Below, piece by piece: positions 8,574 to 18,468 of a DNA stretch of 64,000 nt. The notes beneath the pieces are model-generated. The model did not search any database. It saw only the letters and a program-made list of their open reading frames with translations, and was not told the origin of the DNA. The stretch is from contig JAISVR010000030.1 in assembly GCA_031271465.1 (NCBI GenBank), forward strand, positions 7,455 through 71,454, in the 5' to 3' direction. Numbering within the stretch: position 1 is the first letter of the stretch; every line of letters starts with the position of its first letter. Both the position numbers and the translations under genes were made by a program. The DNA comes from Prevotellaceae bacterium. Its GTDB lineage: Bacteria; Bacteroidota; Bacteroidia; Bacteroidales; Paludibacteraceae.

Positions 8574-9665
8574 ATGCAAACATTTACCGCTCGATACAGC
8601 AACGGACAAAGTTCGCGACTCTACGCTGCCGAAATTTCTTTTCGTCCGCAAGCATTGCTTATTACCTACACCGATGATTACGGAACGCAGCAAACGCGAC
8701 TGTGGCATCTCAACGAGATAAATACCGACCGTTTCGGTTATTCGTTTGAATATAAACTCACCTACGGTAAATTTCCTTTCGAAAGCATTGAGGTAGATGA
8801 GGCTTTTTTCAATAGCTTTCATGCCCAATATCCGCAAATTAAATTAAGCAATCGAAACATTGAAATTATCCGCCGCAAAACATGGCGTACTATCGCTGTT
8901 GCGTTTACGGTTGTGGCGGTATTTTGCTCGCTGGTGTATTTTTTTGTGATACCTGCCGTGGCAGACAGCGTTGCAATGGCTATCCCCGTGAGTGTAGAAA
9001 CACAACTTGGTGAAAAAATCTACCGGCAAAATATGCTGCCGTTTACTGTTGAGGATGAGCAAACAAAGTTGGTGAACGACTACTATGCTCAACTCGGTGT
9101 GGAGAGCGAATATCCCGTTCAAATTACCGTGGTAAACTACGACGAGGTAAATGCTTTTGCCATGCCGGGTGGACACATTGTTGTGTTTAGCGGCATGCTC
9201 GACCGCATGAACCGGCACGAAGAATTGGCGGGCGTGCTTGCACACGAATATGCTCATATCCATTACCGGCACTCGTTGCGTACTATTGTGCGCAGTTTGG
9301 CAAATTACGCCATTATTTCGATAGTAATAGGCGATGTGAGCGGCATATCGGGATTGATACTCGAAAATGCCGACAACCTGCGCGCTTTGCAATATTCGCG
9401 CGAGTTGGAAAAACAGGCAGACGAATACGCATTCAGTCTCCTGCGCGAAAAAGGCATCAACCCGCAGGGTATGATTTGGCTTTTTGAAACGCTGCAACGC
9501 CTGCAAGAGCACAGCGAAATAAATGTCACTATACCCGAATTTATGAGCAGCCACCCCGATACCAAAAACCGTATTGAAGCGATGAAAATGCTGCTCGAAA
9601 CCGAGCCTTTTACGCCTGCTTCCGACGATGAATTACAGGTTATTTGGGGGAAAATAAAACGCTGA
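8574..9665 (+). CDS. M48 family zinc metallopeptidase
   Basis: HEXXH motif (HEYAHIHYRH) and downstream E...SHPD motif, with a TM segment after the N-terminal domain. 363 aa. Confidence 0.85.
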   Translation: MQTFTARYSNGQSSRLYAAEISFRPQALLITYTDDYGTQQTRLWHLNEINTDRFGYSFEYKLTYGKFPFESIEVDEAFFNSFHAQYPQIKLSNRNIEIIRRKTWRTIAVAFTVVAVFCSLVYFFVIPAVADSVAMAIPVSVETQLGEKIYRQNMLPFTVEDEQTKLVNDYYAQLGVESEYPVQITVVNYDEVNAFAMPGGHIVVFSGMLDRMNRHEELAGVLAHEYAHIHYRHSLRTIVRSLANYAIISIVIGDVSGISGLILENADNLRALQYSRELEKQADEYAFSLLREKGINPQGMIWLFETLQRLQEHSEINVTIPEFMSSHPDTKNRIEAMKMLLETEPFTPASDDELQVIWGKIKR

Positions 9666-9764
9666 AAAATTTTCTTGAACGGGAAATAAGTGTATTTTTG
9701 TGTCGCAAAAAAATCGACCCATAAGAATTATCAAAACAAATATTTAACTATAAAAATTGTAACT

Positions 9765-10706
9765 ATGTCAAAAGTAACAGTTGTAGGTGCCGGAAATGTA
9801 GGCGCCACTTGTGCAAATGTGTTGACTATTAATGAAGTAGCCAACGAAGTAGTAATGCTCGATGTAAAAGAAGGCGTTGCCGAAGGAAAAGCAATGGATA
9901 TTAACCAAACGGCGCAATTGCTCGGTTTCGATACCAAACTTACCGGCGTAACCAACGATTATGCCGCTACTGCGGGTAGCGATGTGGTAGTAATCACTTC
10001 GGGTTTGCCCCGCAAACCGGGCATGACGCGCGAAGAGCTTATCGGCGTTAACGCAGGCATCGTAAAAAGCGTGGCGGAAAGTATCTTGAAATATTCGCCC
10101 AAAGCTATTTTGCTTATCGTTTCCAACCCGATGGATACGATGACTTACCTTGCGTTGAAAGCTACCGGATTGCCGAAAAACAGAGTATTCGGTATGGGCG
10201 GTGCGCTCGACAGCTCGCGCTTTAAATACAACTTGAGCCACGCTCTCGGTGCGAATGCCAACGAGGTGGAAGGCTTGGTTATCGGCGGACACGGCGATAC
10301 TACCATGATTCCGCTTATTCGCTACGCTTCGTATAAAGGCTTGGCAGTGTCGAAACTGTTGCCTACCGACAAGCAGGAAGAAATCGTGAAAGCTACCATG
10401 GTGGGCGGTGCTACGCTTACTTCGCTGTTGGGAACTTCGGCTTGGTATGCGCCCGGCGCGGCAGCTGCTTTTGTTGCCGAGTCGATTATTCGTGACCAAA
10501 AGAAACTGATACCAAGCTGTGTGTACTTGGACGGCGAATATGGACAGAAAGATATTTGTATCGGTGTGCCTGCGGTGATTGGTAAAAACGGTGTGGAAAA
10601 AATTGTTGAGTTCGACCTTAATGCCGACGAAAAAGCGTTGTTCGAAAAAAGTGCTGCCGCTGTGCGCAATATGAACGATGTTCTCGGCGAAATGAAACTC
10701 GTTTAA
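9765..10706 (+). CDS. mdh: malate dehydrogenase (LDH-like family)
   Basis: I chose the start at MSKVTVVGAGNVGAT (Rossmann GxGxxG) rather than the 25 upstream codons in the ORF track. Also present: SGLPRKPGMTREEL, VSNPMD and GGHGDTM motifs. Confidence 0.93.
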   Translation: MSKVTVVGAGNVGATCANVLTINEVANEVVMLDVKEGVAEGKAMDINQTAQLLGFDTKLTGVTNDYAATAGSDVVVITSGLPRKPGMTREELIGVNAGIVKSVAESILKYSPKAILLIVSNPMDTMTYLALKATGLPKNRVFGMGGALDSSRFKYNLSHALGANANEVEGLVIGGHGDTTMIPLIRYASYKGLAVSKLLPTDKQEEIVKATMVGGATLTSLLGTSAWYAPGAAAAFVAESIIRDQKKLIPSCVYLDGEYGQKDICIGVPAVIGKNGVEKIVEFDLNADEKALFEKSAAAVRNMNDVLGEMKLV

Positions 10707-10725
10707 ATTTTTAGAGATAATTTTT

Positions 10726-10801
10726 CGTCATGTCGAACGAAGTGGAAACATCGCATTAATCGATCTGTTAGTGAGATATTTCCGCTACGGTTGGCATGAC
10801 G
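10726..10801. repeat. palindromic REP-like element, diverged variant of family 1
   Basis: cgtcatgtcgaacgaagtggaaacatc ... gatatttccgctacggttggcatgacg. The right arm supplies the spurious ATG at 10796. Confidence 0.65.
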
Positions 10802-10822
10802 AAACTTTTTTCATTTCATGAA

Positions 10823-11185
10823 ATGAAAATTCTACTCATCATCTTTGGTTCATTGTCGCTGGGATTAGGCATTATCGGGATATTTGTTCCCGGACTGCCG
10901 GTAACGCCTTTTGTGCTGCTTGCGGCGGGTTGCTATGTGCGAAGTTCCAACAGGTTGTATGAGAAACTGATTGCCAATAAATTGCTTGGAAAATACATTG
11001 TCGATTTCAACGAGAAAAAAGGTATGAGCCGAAAAGCAAAAATACAGGCTATCGTTTTGATGTGGACAATGATACTCCTTTCAACTATTTTCTTAATAGA
11101 TAATTCAACCGTTCGAATAGTTGTTCTTGCCTTGGGTGTTGTAGGTGCTGTAGTAGTAGGATTTTGTGTCCGAACTGTAGAATAA
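10823..11185 (+). CDS. DUF454 / YbaN family inner membrane protein
   Basis: MKILLIIFGSLSLGLGIIGIFVPGLPVTPFVLLAAGCYVRSS aligns with the YbaN N-terminus. The earlier ATG at 10796 lies inside a repeat arm. Confidence 0.8.
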   Translation: MKILLIIFGSLSLGLGIIGIFVPGLPVTPFVLLAAGCYVRSSNRLYEKLIANKLLGKYIVDFNEKKGMSRKAKIQAIVLMWTMILLSTIFLIDNSTVRIVVLALGVVGAVVVGFCVRTVE

Positions 11186-11219
11186 AAAAACCGAAAGCAA
11201 TTCGCTTTCGGTTTTTTTA
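11184..11219. terminator. bidirectional rho-independent terminator
   Basis: aaaaaaaccgaaagc-aattc-gctttcggttttttt, between convergent genes. Confidence 0.8.
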
Positions 11220-11233
11220 TTCCTGTTATTTTC

Positions 11234-12085
11234 TTATTTTTCAATTCCCAGCAATTCAACCTCAAAAATCAGAGTTGAAAATGGAGGAATTGGATTCTGA
11301 CTGCGCGCCCCGTAAGCCAATTCTTGTGGAATATAAAGTTTCCATTTCGAACCAACAGGCATCAACAGGAGAGCTTCAGTCCAACCTTTAATAACCTGAC
11401 CTACACCAAATACGGCAGGCTCTTTGCGGTCGATAGAACTATCGAATTTTGTGCCGTCAATCAGCGTACCGGTGTAATGTACTTTCACGCGGCTTTCGGC
11501 AGTAGGTTTCGCGCCTTTGCCTTCTTTGATAATTTCGTATTGCAAGCCGCTTACGGTAGTTATTACACCTTTTTTGCCTTTGTTTTCGGCAAGGAATTTT
11601 TCACCTTCAGCTTTCACCTCGCCAAATTGCTTTTCGAGTTGTTCGGCTTGTTTTTTTTCCACAATACTTTGTAAAAAGATATTTGCTTGTTCGTCGGTGA
11701 TTTGCAACTGTTTTTTAGAAATAGCAGTTACCAACGCATTTTTCACAATATCGAGATTCATTATAAGTGAAGAATCGCCGGCTAATCCTTTTTCGGCATC
11801 GGTTCTTATTTGTTGCCCGATGTTCAAGCCTAAAGCATAAAGCGCAAGGGTAGAATCTTTACTGCCGATGCCTTTGTCCAAGCCTTTCATAAAGGCATCA
11901 AATTCGGAACCAACAGAGTCGCCGTTCAAATAATTAGCCGATATATGATTTCCGTAGCCAACCCCGTAGCAATAGCTGATAGAGTCAATTTCGTTTGTCA
12001 ATTTCACTTCGCCGCCCATTTTGTTGCACGAAGAGAAAATACCTGCTGCCAGAGCAAGCGTTGTAATAAAAGCGATTTTTTTCAT
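11234..12085 (-). CDS. FKBP-type peptidyl-prolyl cis-trans isomerase, lipoprotein (FkpA-like)
   Basis: Signal with lipobox (GIFSSC). The C-terminal FKBP domain reads [16 protein letters not shown]...[25 protein letters not shown]. Confidence 0.9.
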   Translation of the reverse strand: MKKIAFITTLALAAGIFSSCNKMGGEVKLTNEIDSISYCYGVGYGNHISANYLNGDSVGSEFDAFMKGLDKGIGSKDSTLALYALGLNIGQQIRTDAEKGLAGDSSLIMNLDIVKNALVTAISKKQLQITDEQANIFLQSIVEKKQAEQLEKQFGEVKAEGEKFLAENKGKKGVITTVSGLQYEIIKEGKGAKPTAESRVKVHYTGTLIDGTKFDSSIDRKEPAVFGVGQVIKGWTEALLLMPVGSKWKLYIPQELAYGARSQNPIPPFSTLIFEVELLGIEK

Positions 12086-12152
12086 TTCTTTGTTAATTTA
12101 TAAAGTTCGTAAAGATTTTCAAGCAATGAGCCGTTGCGGCACATTCCCCCAT

Positions 12153-12839
12153 TTATTTTATTTCTAAAAGTTGTACATCAAAAATAAGAGTCGAGTTAGG
12201 AGGAATGTTACCCATAGGCTGCGCACCATAACCAAGCTCGGCAGGAATATAAAGTTTATAGGTAGAACCTACGGTCATGTGTTGTACACCTTCCGTCCAG
12301 CCGGGAATTACGCGGTTGAGCGGAAACTCAATTGCTTCGCCGCGCTGAATAGAACTGTCAAACACGGTGCCGTCAATCAACTTTCCTTCGTAATGCACTT
12401 TTACAATGCTGGTATCGGCAGGATGTGCCCCGTCGGAAGGAATAATCACTTCGTACTGCAATCCGCTTGGCAAACTCACGATGCCTTGCTTTTTAGCATT
12501 TTCAGTGAGGAATTTTTTATTATCATCGATGTATTTTTGCTCGCGTTGAGCCTGATTTGCCTGAACATAATTTTGCACAAGACTGTCGGCTGTTGCACCG
12601 GTAATAGCCGCGTCCGTACCACGCAAAGAAGCTTGAAAACCTTGAAGAATAAGCTCAGTGTTTTGTTGCCCATCCATCAATTGATTGAGTTGTTTGCTGA
12701 AATCGCGTCCCACAGCCACACCAATAGCGTAGCTTACAGTGTCAATTTCAGTTTTCATAACCGGAGCTTTCGGTTTTTTTGCAGCAAAGCCGAGCGAACT
12801 CAACATACAAGCTGCGAGAATAAATGCTGTTTTTTTCAT
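12153..12839 (-). CDS. FKBP-type peptidyl-prolyl cis-trans isomerase, secreted
   Basis: Signal peptide, FKBP_N-like helical part and FKBP_C domain (VHYEGKLIDGTVFDSS...VIPGWTEGV...YKLYIPAELGYG). Confidence 0.9.
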   Translation of the reverse strand: MKKTAFILAACMLSSLGFAAKKPKAPVMKTEIDTVSYAIGVAVGRDFSKQLNQLMDGQQNTELILQGFQASLRGTDAAITGATADSLVQNYVQANQAQREQKYIDDNKKFLTENAKKQGIVSLPSGLQYEVIIPSDGAHPADTSIVKVHYEGKLIDGTVFDSSIQRGEAIEFPLNRVIPGWTEGVQHMTVGSTYKLYIPAELGYGAQPMGNIPPNSTLIFDVQLLEIK

Positions 12840-12875
12840 AATATTTTTTTGAATTTATAAAGTTGAAAATTTATT

Positions 12876-13457
12876 TTATTGAACCTCAAGTAATTCTACC
12901 TCGAAAATGAGTGTTGAGTGTGGTGGAATAGAACCTGCGCCCTGTGCTCCGTAAGCAAGTTCGGAAGGGATAAACAGTTTCCATTTCGAACCGGCAGGCA
13001 TCAACTGCAATGCCTCCACCCAACCGCGGATTACTTGATTTACGCCGAATGTGGCAGGTTGTCCGCGGAGCACAGAACTGTCGAACACTGTACCGTCAAT
13101 TAATGTGCCGTGGTAATGGCATTTCACTTTTTGCGAGGCAGCAGGTTTTGCCCCTGTGCCTGTTGTGATAATTTCGTATTGTAATCCGCTGGGTAGAGTA
13201 GTAACACCTTCGCGTTTGGCGTTTTCTGCCAAAAATTCGTTTCCGGCTTTGCTTTGTTCTTCAGCTTGGCGACTTTGCAGTTCGGTAAAGAAATCGTTGA
13301 GCAACTGTTGCGCTTCCTGATTGCTGATGTCTTGTTTGTTACCCTGCAAAGCGTCTTTCACGCCTTTGGCGAATGTTTCTAAGTCGAGATCTTTAATGCC
13401 TGCGCCCAACAAATTGTTGCCGATATTTAAGCCCAAGGCGTAACTGATTTTTGTCAT
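12876..13457 (-). CDS. FKBP-type peptidyl-prolyl cis-trans isomerase, no signal peptide
   Basis: Start set at [13 protein letters not shown] (13457), dropping 23 upstream codons. The FKBP_C domain reads CHYHGTLIDGTVFDSS...VIRGWVEAL...WKLFIPSELAYG. Confidence 0.88.
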   Translation of the reverse strand: MTKISYALGLNIGNNLLGAGIKDLDLETFAKGVKDALQGNKQDISNQEAQQLLNDFFTELQSRQAEEQSKAGNEFLAENAKREGVTTLPSGLQYEIITTGTGAKPAASQKVKCHYHGTLIDGTVFDSSVLRGQPATFGVNQVIRGWVEALQLMPAGSKWKLFIPSELAYGAQGAGSIPPHSTLIFEVELLEVQ

Positions 13458-13575
13458 AATATTTTTTAGATTGAAAAATTTTGTCGCAAAGATACAATTT
13501 GTTTCCGAAAATAAATACAAACACAAAAAAGCCCCAAGAAATTTCTCGAGGCTTTTTTTGAAAAAGTTCTAATTT

Positions 13576-14151
13576 TTAGAATTTGTAAACGAAACCAACT
13601 TGAAGATTGTTGGTGTTATACAAATCGTTAGCATCTAAACCTAAACCAAAATGTGTGCCGGCATCGCCTCCGTCAGGAGTATAAGAGCTGAATCCGAGAG
13701 CAAAGCAATTCAGTTGAGTAAACAAAACCCAGTTTTCTGTCAAGTTGTAAGCCAAAATTGGAGTTACATTAAGACCAAAACCGGTTCCTTTTAATTCATT
13801 ACCTGCTGGATCCTCTTGTTTATCGCCTTCGAAATAAATTTGAGCTTTACCGATTACCTCAAATTTTCCGAATTGAAGGAAAGAGTAGCGAGCATAAGGA
13901 GCAATTGCCCAACTGTTTCCTTTAGCATCATTGTGGTATTTTTCAGTACTGAATGAAAAATCCAAACCAACATCAAATTTTTCGCTGAGATAGAAACCTA
14001 TTTCAGGAGAAATAGTAAATTGATTTTTCAATGCGGATCCTGATTCCTCATTGTAAGAATCGAAACCAAGGCTACCGCCCACATAAATTTGTGCATTTGC
14101 ACCAATCATTGTTGCAACAGCTAAAGCTGCAGTTAAAAGTAATTTTTTCAT
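13576..14151 (-). CDS. small outer-membrane beta-barrel (porin-family) protein
   Basis: Signal peptide (ATMIGANAQ), alternating beta-strand pattern and a C-terminal aromatic residue (VGFVYKF). 191 aa. Confidence 0.8.
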   Translation of the reverse strand: MKKLLLTAALAVATMIGANAQIYVGGSLGFDSYNEESGSALKNQFTISPEIGFYLSEKFDVGLDFSFSTEKYHNDAKGNSWAIAPYARYSFLQFGKFEVIGKAQIYFEGDKQEDPAGNELKGTGFGLNVTPILAYNLTENWVLFTQLNCFALGFSSYTPDGGDAGTHFGLGLDANDLYNTNNLQVGFVYKF

Positions 14152-14452
14152 ATTACATAAAGTTTTTAATTTGCCTACTCTTAGGGTTTTCGGCTTCGCC
14201 CATAGTTTTATCGGGGCAAAGATAAAATGATTTTTTAATATTCGTTTTTATTTTTTCGTTTTTTTCGCTGTTTTGTATGAAATAAATTAAATACGAACAC
14301 GGAAAGTGATTGATACTCTGCATTTCAAGTGGCAATAAAATAGTTATCAACAGTTTTATTTTTTTGTAGAAAATGCTTTTTTTGTGGCTTTTTTGCTGTG
14401 TGTTTTCCATATTTTTAATATCTTTGTCGGGTATTTTTCAATTTTCATCTAA

Positions 14453-15976
14453 ATGATTGATAATAAGAGGATTAAAACGGCGCTGGTATCGGTTTATCAT
14501 AAAGATAAACTCGATATAATAGTTAAATTGCTCGCAGAGCAGGGTGTAAAATTTATTTCTACAGGAGGAACGCAGGAATTCATTGAGTCGCTGGGTTTTG
14601 AGTGTCAAGCTGTAGAGTCGCTTACAGGCTACCCTTCCATTTTGGGTGGACGCGTGAAAACGCTGCATCCGAAAATTTTTGGTGGAATCCTTACCCGCCG
14701 CGATAATGCGACTGATAACGAACAGATTGCTCAATACGAAATACCCGAAATAGACCTTGTAATTGTAGATTTATATCCCTTTGAAGATACGGTGGCTTCG
14801 GGAGCTGACGCGCAAAGCATTATTGAAAAAATCGACATCGGCGGCATTTCGCTTATTCGTGCGGCGGCAAAAAATTTCAAAGATGTAGTGATTGTTGCTT
14901 CGCAGGCGCAATACGAACCTCTTGCCGAATTATTGGCAGAAAAAGGAGCAGAAACCACGCTCGAAGATCGTCGCTGGTTTGCCAAAGAGGCATTTGCGGT
15001 ATCGTCGGGTTACGATTCGGCAATATTTAACTGGTTCGACGGCGAGAGCAATTCTTACCTGCGTTATACCGAAAACGAAGAAAAAGCACTGCGCTACGGT
15101 GAAAATCCGCATCAATCGGCACTGTTTTTTGGTAAGTTCGACGAATTGTTTGAACAGCTGCAAGGAAAGGAAATTTCGTATAACAATTTGTTGGATATCG
15201 ACGCTGCAGTAAATCTTATTGCCGATTTCGAAGATATAACTTTTGCCATTTTAAAGCACAACAATGCTTGCGGATTGGCATCTCGCCCCGTATTGCTCGA
15301 TGCGTGGAACGCCGCTTTGGCGGGCGACCCTGTGTCGGCTTTTGGCGGAGTGCTTATTACCAACGCGATAGTTGATAAAGCTACGGCAGAGGAAATAAAC
15401 AAACTCTTTTTTGAGGTGATTATTGCGCCCGATTACGATATAGATGCACTCGAAATTTTGACTCAAAAGAAAAATCGTATCATTTTGATACAAAAACAGG
15501 CAAAGCTGAAAAAACGACAGATTCGCACGGTACTCAACGGAGTGCTTGTGCAAGATAAAGATACTAAAACCGAAACGCCCGACGATTTGAAAGTTGTAAC
15601 CACTCTTGCTCCCGATGCCGCGCAGGTAGACGATTTGCTTTTTGCCAACAAATTGGTGAAGCACAGCAAATCGAACGCTATTGTTTTGGCAAAAAATCGT
15701 CAGCTTTTGGCAAGCGGAGTGGGGCAAACTTCACGCGTAGATGCGCTTAAGCAGGCTATCGAAAAGGCAGGAACTTTTGGTTTCGACCTTAATGGCGCGG
15801 TAATGGCTTCGGATGCGTTTTTTCCTTTTCCCGACTGTGTGGAAATTGCGGACAAGGCAGGCATAACAGCTGTTATTCAGCCCGGAGGCTCTATTAAAGA
15901 CCAGCTCAGTATTGATTATTGCAACGAACATGGTATGGCAATGGTTGTTACGGGATTTAGGCATTTTAAACATTAA
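14453..15976 (+). CDS. purH: bifunctional AICAR transformylase / IMP cyclohydrolase
   Basis: Full-length 507 aa with MGS-like N-domain (ALVSVYHKDKL...STGGT) and AICARFT domain (YGENPHQ, ILKHNNACG). TATCTTTG motif at 14419-14426. Confidence 0.95.
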   Translation: MIDNKRIKTALVSVYHKDKLDIIVKLLAEQGVKFISTGGTQEFIESLGFECQAVESLTGYPSILGGRVKTLHPKIFGGILTRRDNATDNEQIAQYEIPEIDLVIVDLYPFEDTVASGADAQSIIEKIDIGGISLIRAAAKNFKDVVIVASQAQYEPLAELLAEKGAETTLEDRRWFAKEAFAVSSGYDSAIFNWFDGESNSYLRYTENEEKALRYGENPHQSALFFGKFDELFEQLQGKEISYNNLLDIDAAVNLIADFEDITFAILKHNNACGLASRPVLLDAWNAALAGDPVSAFGGVLITNAIVDKATAEEINKLFFEVIIAPDYDIDALEILTQKKNRIILIQKQAKLKKRQIRTVLNGVLVQDKDTKTETPDDLKVVTTLAPDAAQVDDLLFANKLVKHSKSNAIVLAKNRQLLASGVGQTSRVDALKQAIEKAGTFGFDLNGAVMASDAFFPFPDCVEIADKAGITAVIQPGGSIKDQLSIDYCNEHGMAMVVTGFRHFKH

Positions 15977-15999
15977 AAATTTAACAGAAGATAAAATTT

Positions 16000-17019
16000 A
16001 TGGGATTATTTTCATTTACCCAAGAAATTGCGATTGACTTGGGAACTGCCAATACTATTATCATTAGTAACGATAAAATTGTGGTGGACGAACCTTCGGT
16101 AGTAGCACTCGACCGTCGCACGGACAAACTGATTGCCATTGGCGAAAAAGCCCGCCAAATGCACGGTAAAACACACGAAAATATCCGTACCGTGCGTCCT
16201 TTGCGCGATGGTGTGATAGCCGATTTCTATGCTGCCGAACAAATGATTCGCGGCATGATAGCGATGATAAACAATAAGCCGCGGTTATTTTCGCCCTCGT
16301 TGAAAATGGTGGTTTGTATCCCTTCGGGTTCGACTGAGGTGGAAATTCGTGCTGTGCGCGACTCGGCAGAGCATGCCGGCGGACGAGAGGTATATATGAT
16401 TTACGAACCTATGGCGGCAGCTATCGGTATTGGTATTGATGTGGAAGCTCCCGAAGGTAATATGGTGGTGGATATTGGCGGTGGTTCGACTGAGATTGCA
16501 GTAATTTCGCTTGGTGGCATCGTGAGTAATAAATCTATCCGAATTGCGGGCGATGACCTTACGGCTGATATTATGGAGTATATGGGTCGCCAGCATAATA
16601 TTCGCGTAGGAGAACGCACGGCGGAGCTTATCAAAATAAATGTAGGTGCTGCTTTGACCAGCCTTGAAGATGCTCCGGAAGATTATGTTGTGCATGGACC
16701 GAATCGCATGACGGCATTGCCTATTGAGGTGCCTGTGTCGTATCAGGAAATTGCACATTGTTTGGAGAAATCGATTTCTAAAATCGAAGTTGCTATTTTG
16801 AGTGCGCTCGAACAAACTCCTCCCGAACTGTATGCCGATATTGTAAAAAAAGGTATTTGGCTGGCAGGTGGCGGTGCTTTGCTGCGCGGTTTGGATAAAC
16901 GCTTGAGTGACAAAATCAATATTCCATTCCATATTGCCGAAGATCCGCTGCGCGCAGTGGCTCGCGGAACAGGTGTGGCATTGAAAAATGTAGACAAATT
17001 CTCGTTCTTGATGAGATAA
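16000..17019 (+). CDS. mreB: rod shape-determining protein MreB
   Basis: Actin-like ATPase motifs (IDLGTANT, VVDIGGGSTE, GGGALLRGLD). Heads the mreBCD-mrdA-rodA cluster. Confidence 0.96.
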   Translation: MGLFSFTQEIAIDLGTANTIIISNDKIVVDEPSVVALDRRTDKLIAIGEKARQMHGKTHENIRTVRPLRDGVIADFYAAEQMIRGMIAMINNKPRLFSPSLKMVVCIPSGSTEVEIRAVRDSAEHAGGREVYMIYEPMAAAIGIGIDVEAPEGNMVVDIGGGSTEIAVISLGGIVSNKSIRIAGDDLTADIMEYMGRQHNIRVGERTAELIKINVGAALTSLEDAPEDYVVHGPNRMTALPIEVPVSYQEIAHCLEKSISKIEVAILSALEQTPPELYADIVKKGIWLAGGGALLRGLDKRLSDKINIPFHIAEDPLRAVARGTGVALKNVDKFSFLMR

Positions 17020-17092
17020 TGCAGTGATGAGCTAACAGCTAATAGTGATGAGTGTTTTTACTATTAGCTTGTAGCTATTAGCTATTAGCTGA

Positions 17093-17965
17093 ATGAAAAA
17101 CTTAATCCGATTTTTTGTAAACTACGGCATTTATTTTCTTTTTATTATATTGGAAATAAGCGCATTACTGCTGGTGGTGAATAATAATAGCTTTCAGCAG
17201 AGTGTGTTTTGGCAGTCGTGTAACAATGTGAACGGAAAGGTTTACGCTTGGAATCGCTCCGTATGGGATTATTTCAGCTTGAAGCAGGTAAACAAAGACC
17301 TTGCGGTAGAAAATGCCGAACTGCGTAACAAGCTTGCGCTGTACGACAACCAATATCACAGTATGCTGGCAGATTCACTTCAACCAAGTGTTTTTGTGTT
17401 GAGTCCCGAGCGGGAATACAGCTGCCTGTCGGCAAAGGTGATAAATAACAGCACCAATAAACTTCAAAATTATATTACTCTCAACAAAGGGCAGGCAGAT
17501 GGTGTTCGCCGGGAGATGAGCGTGGTCAATTCGCAAGGCGTAATAGGGATAGTGAAAGCAGTATCGGAGCGTTTTTCGGTAGTGATGCCTATTCTGAATC
17601 CGAAACTGCAAGTGAGTTGCAAAATCAAGCGTAACGGCAATACGGCAAATACACTGGGACAGATAAAAGACATCGGTTCGCTTGTGTGGGACGGTACTGA
17701 TTACCGTTTTGCCGATATGCTGCAGGTGCCGCGCCATGTACCTATCAAGAAAGGCGACACGGTAGTAACGAGCGGCTATTCCGATTATTTTCCCGAAGGA
17801 ATTTTGATAGGTAGAATCGAAGAATTTACCAAAGCGTCGGACGATAACTACTATAATATTAAGGTGCGGCTGGCAGTTAATTTCCGCACCATATCTTATG
17901 TGTATGTACTTGAATACCGGCACCGTGAAGAACAGCAAAAACTCGAACAACAAGTAGCAAAATGA
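17093..17965 (+). CDS. mreC: rod shape-determining protein MreC
   Basis: N-terminal TM segment, a coiled coil (ENAELRNKL) and a beta-rich C-domain. Sits in the conserved position after mreB. Confidence 0.88.
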   Translation: MKNLIRFFVNYGIYFLFIILEISALLLVVNNNSFQQSVFWQSCNNVNGKVYAWNRSVWDYFSLKQVNKDLAVENAELRNKLALYDNQYHSMLADSLQPSVFVLSPEREYSCLSAKVINNSTNKLQNYITLNKGQADGVRREMSVVNSQGVIGIVKAVSERFSVVMPILNPKLQVSCKIKRNGNTANTLGQIKDIGSLVWDGTDYRFADMLQVPRHVPIKKGDTVVTSGYSDYFPEGILIGRIEEFTKASDDNYYNIKVRLAVNFRTISYVYVLEYRHREEQQKLEQQVAK

Positions 17966-18468
17966 ATTTAATACTTCAAAATATAGTGCGCTACCTTGTG
18001 TTGGTGTTAGTACAGGTATTAATACTCAATAATATACATTTCTTGGGTTTCGTTAATCCGTATCTGTATGTATTGTTTATTCTTGCCTTGCCGCTCAATA
18101 TGTCGCGTTCGTTGCTGCTGGTGTTGGCATTTGTGCTGGGATTGAGTATCGATACCTTTGTCGGCACGCCCGGAGTTCATGCTTTTGCTTGTGTATTTGT
18201 TGCCTTTGTGCGCGAACCTTTGCTTAAATTGCTGCTGCCTCGCGACGATAATCACGAATTGTTTACGCCTTCGATGCGCTCGTTGGGCGAAGGCGTTTAT
18301 CTAAAATATGCCGTACTCATGGTGTTTATTCACCACATTGTGCTGTTTTTGATAGAAGCATTTTCGTTTCAACATTTCGGGTTTCTTTTGCTGCGTATTG
18401 TGGCAAGCTCACTGTTTACCCTTGTACTTTTGCTTGGAATAGAACGATTAAAGCTACATAATCGGTAA
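17962..18468 (+). CDS. mreD: rod shape-determining protein MreD
   Basis: 168-aa polytopic membrane protein. It overlaps the mreC stop and abuts mrdA. Confidence 0.8.
   Translation: MNLILQNIVRYLVLVLVQVLILNNIHFLGFVNPYLYVLFILALPLNMSRSLLLVLAFVLGLSIDTFVGTPGVHAFACVFVAFVREPLLKLLLPRDDNHELFTPSMRSLGEGVYLKYAVLMVFIHHIVLFLIEAFSFQHFGFLLLRIVASSLFTLVLLLGIERLKLHNR

Noticed and set aside
7365-9665. The DUF898 membrane protein plus M48 peptidase pair as a possible novel two-gene system
   Set aside because: To my knowledge this pairing is a common conserved arrangement of poorly characterised housekeeping-type membrane proteins. Nothing in this copy is unusual.
14152-14452. An 85-aa ORF (14153-14410, minus) in the AT-rich divergent promoter region between the porin-family gene and purH
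   Set aside because: It has a low-complexity K/I/N-rich sequence in AT-rich intergenic DNA that contains the purH TATCTTTG promoter motif. Nothing supports it as coding.
17020-17092. agctaatag / ctattagct inverted and tandem repeats between mreB and mreC
   Set aside because: It is a real small hairpin-forming repeat. It looks like one more short REP-type insertion or an intercistronic stem-loop within a conserved operon, and nothing distinguishes it further.
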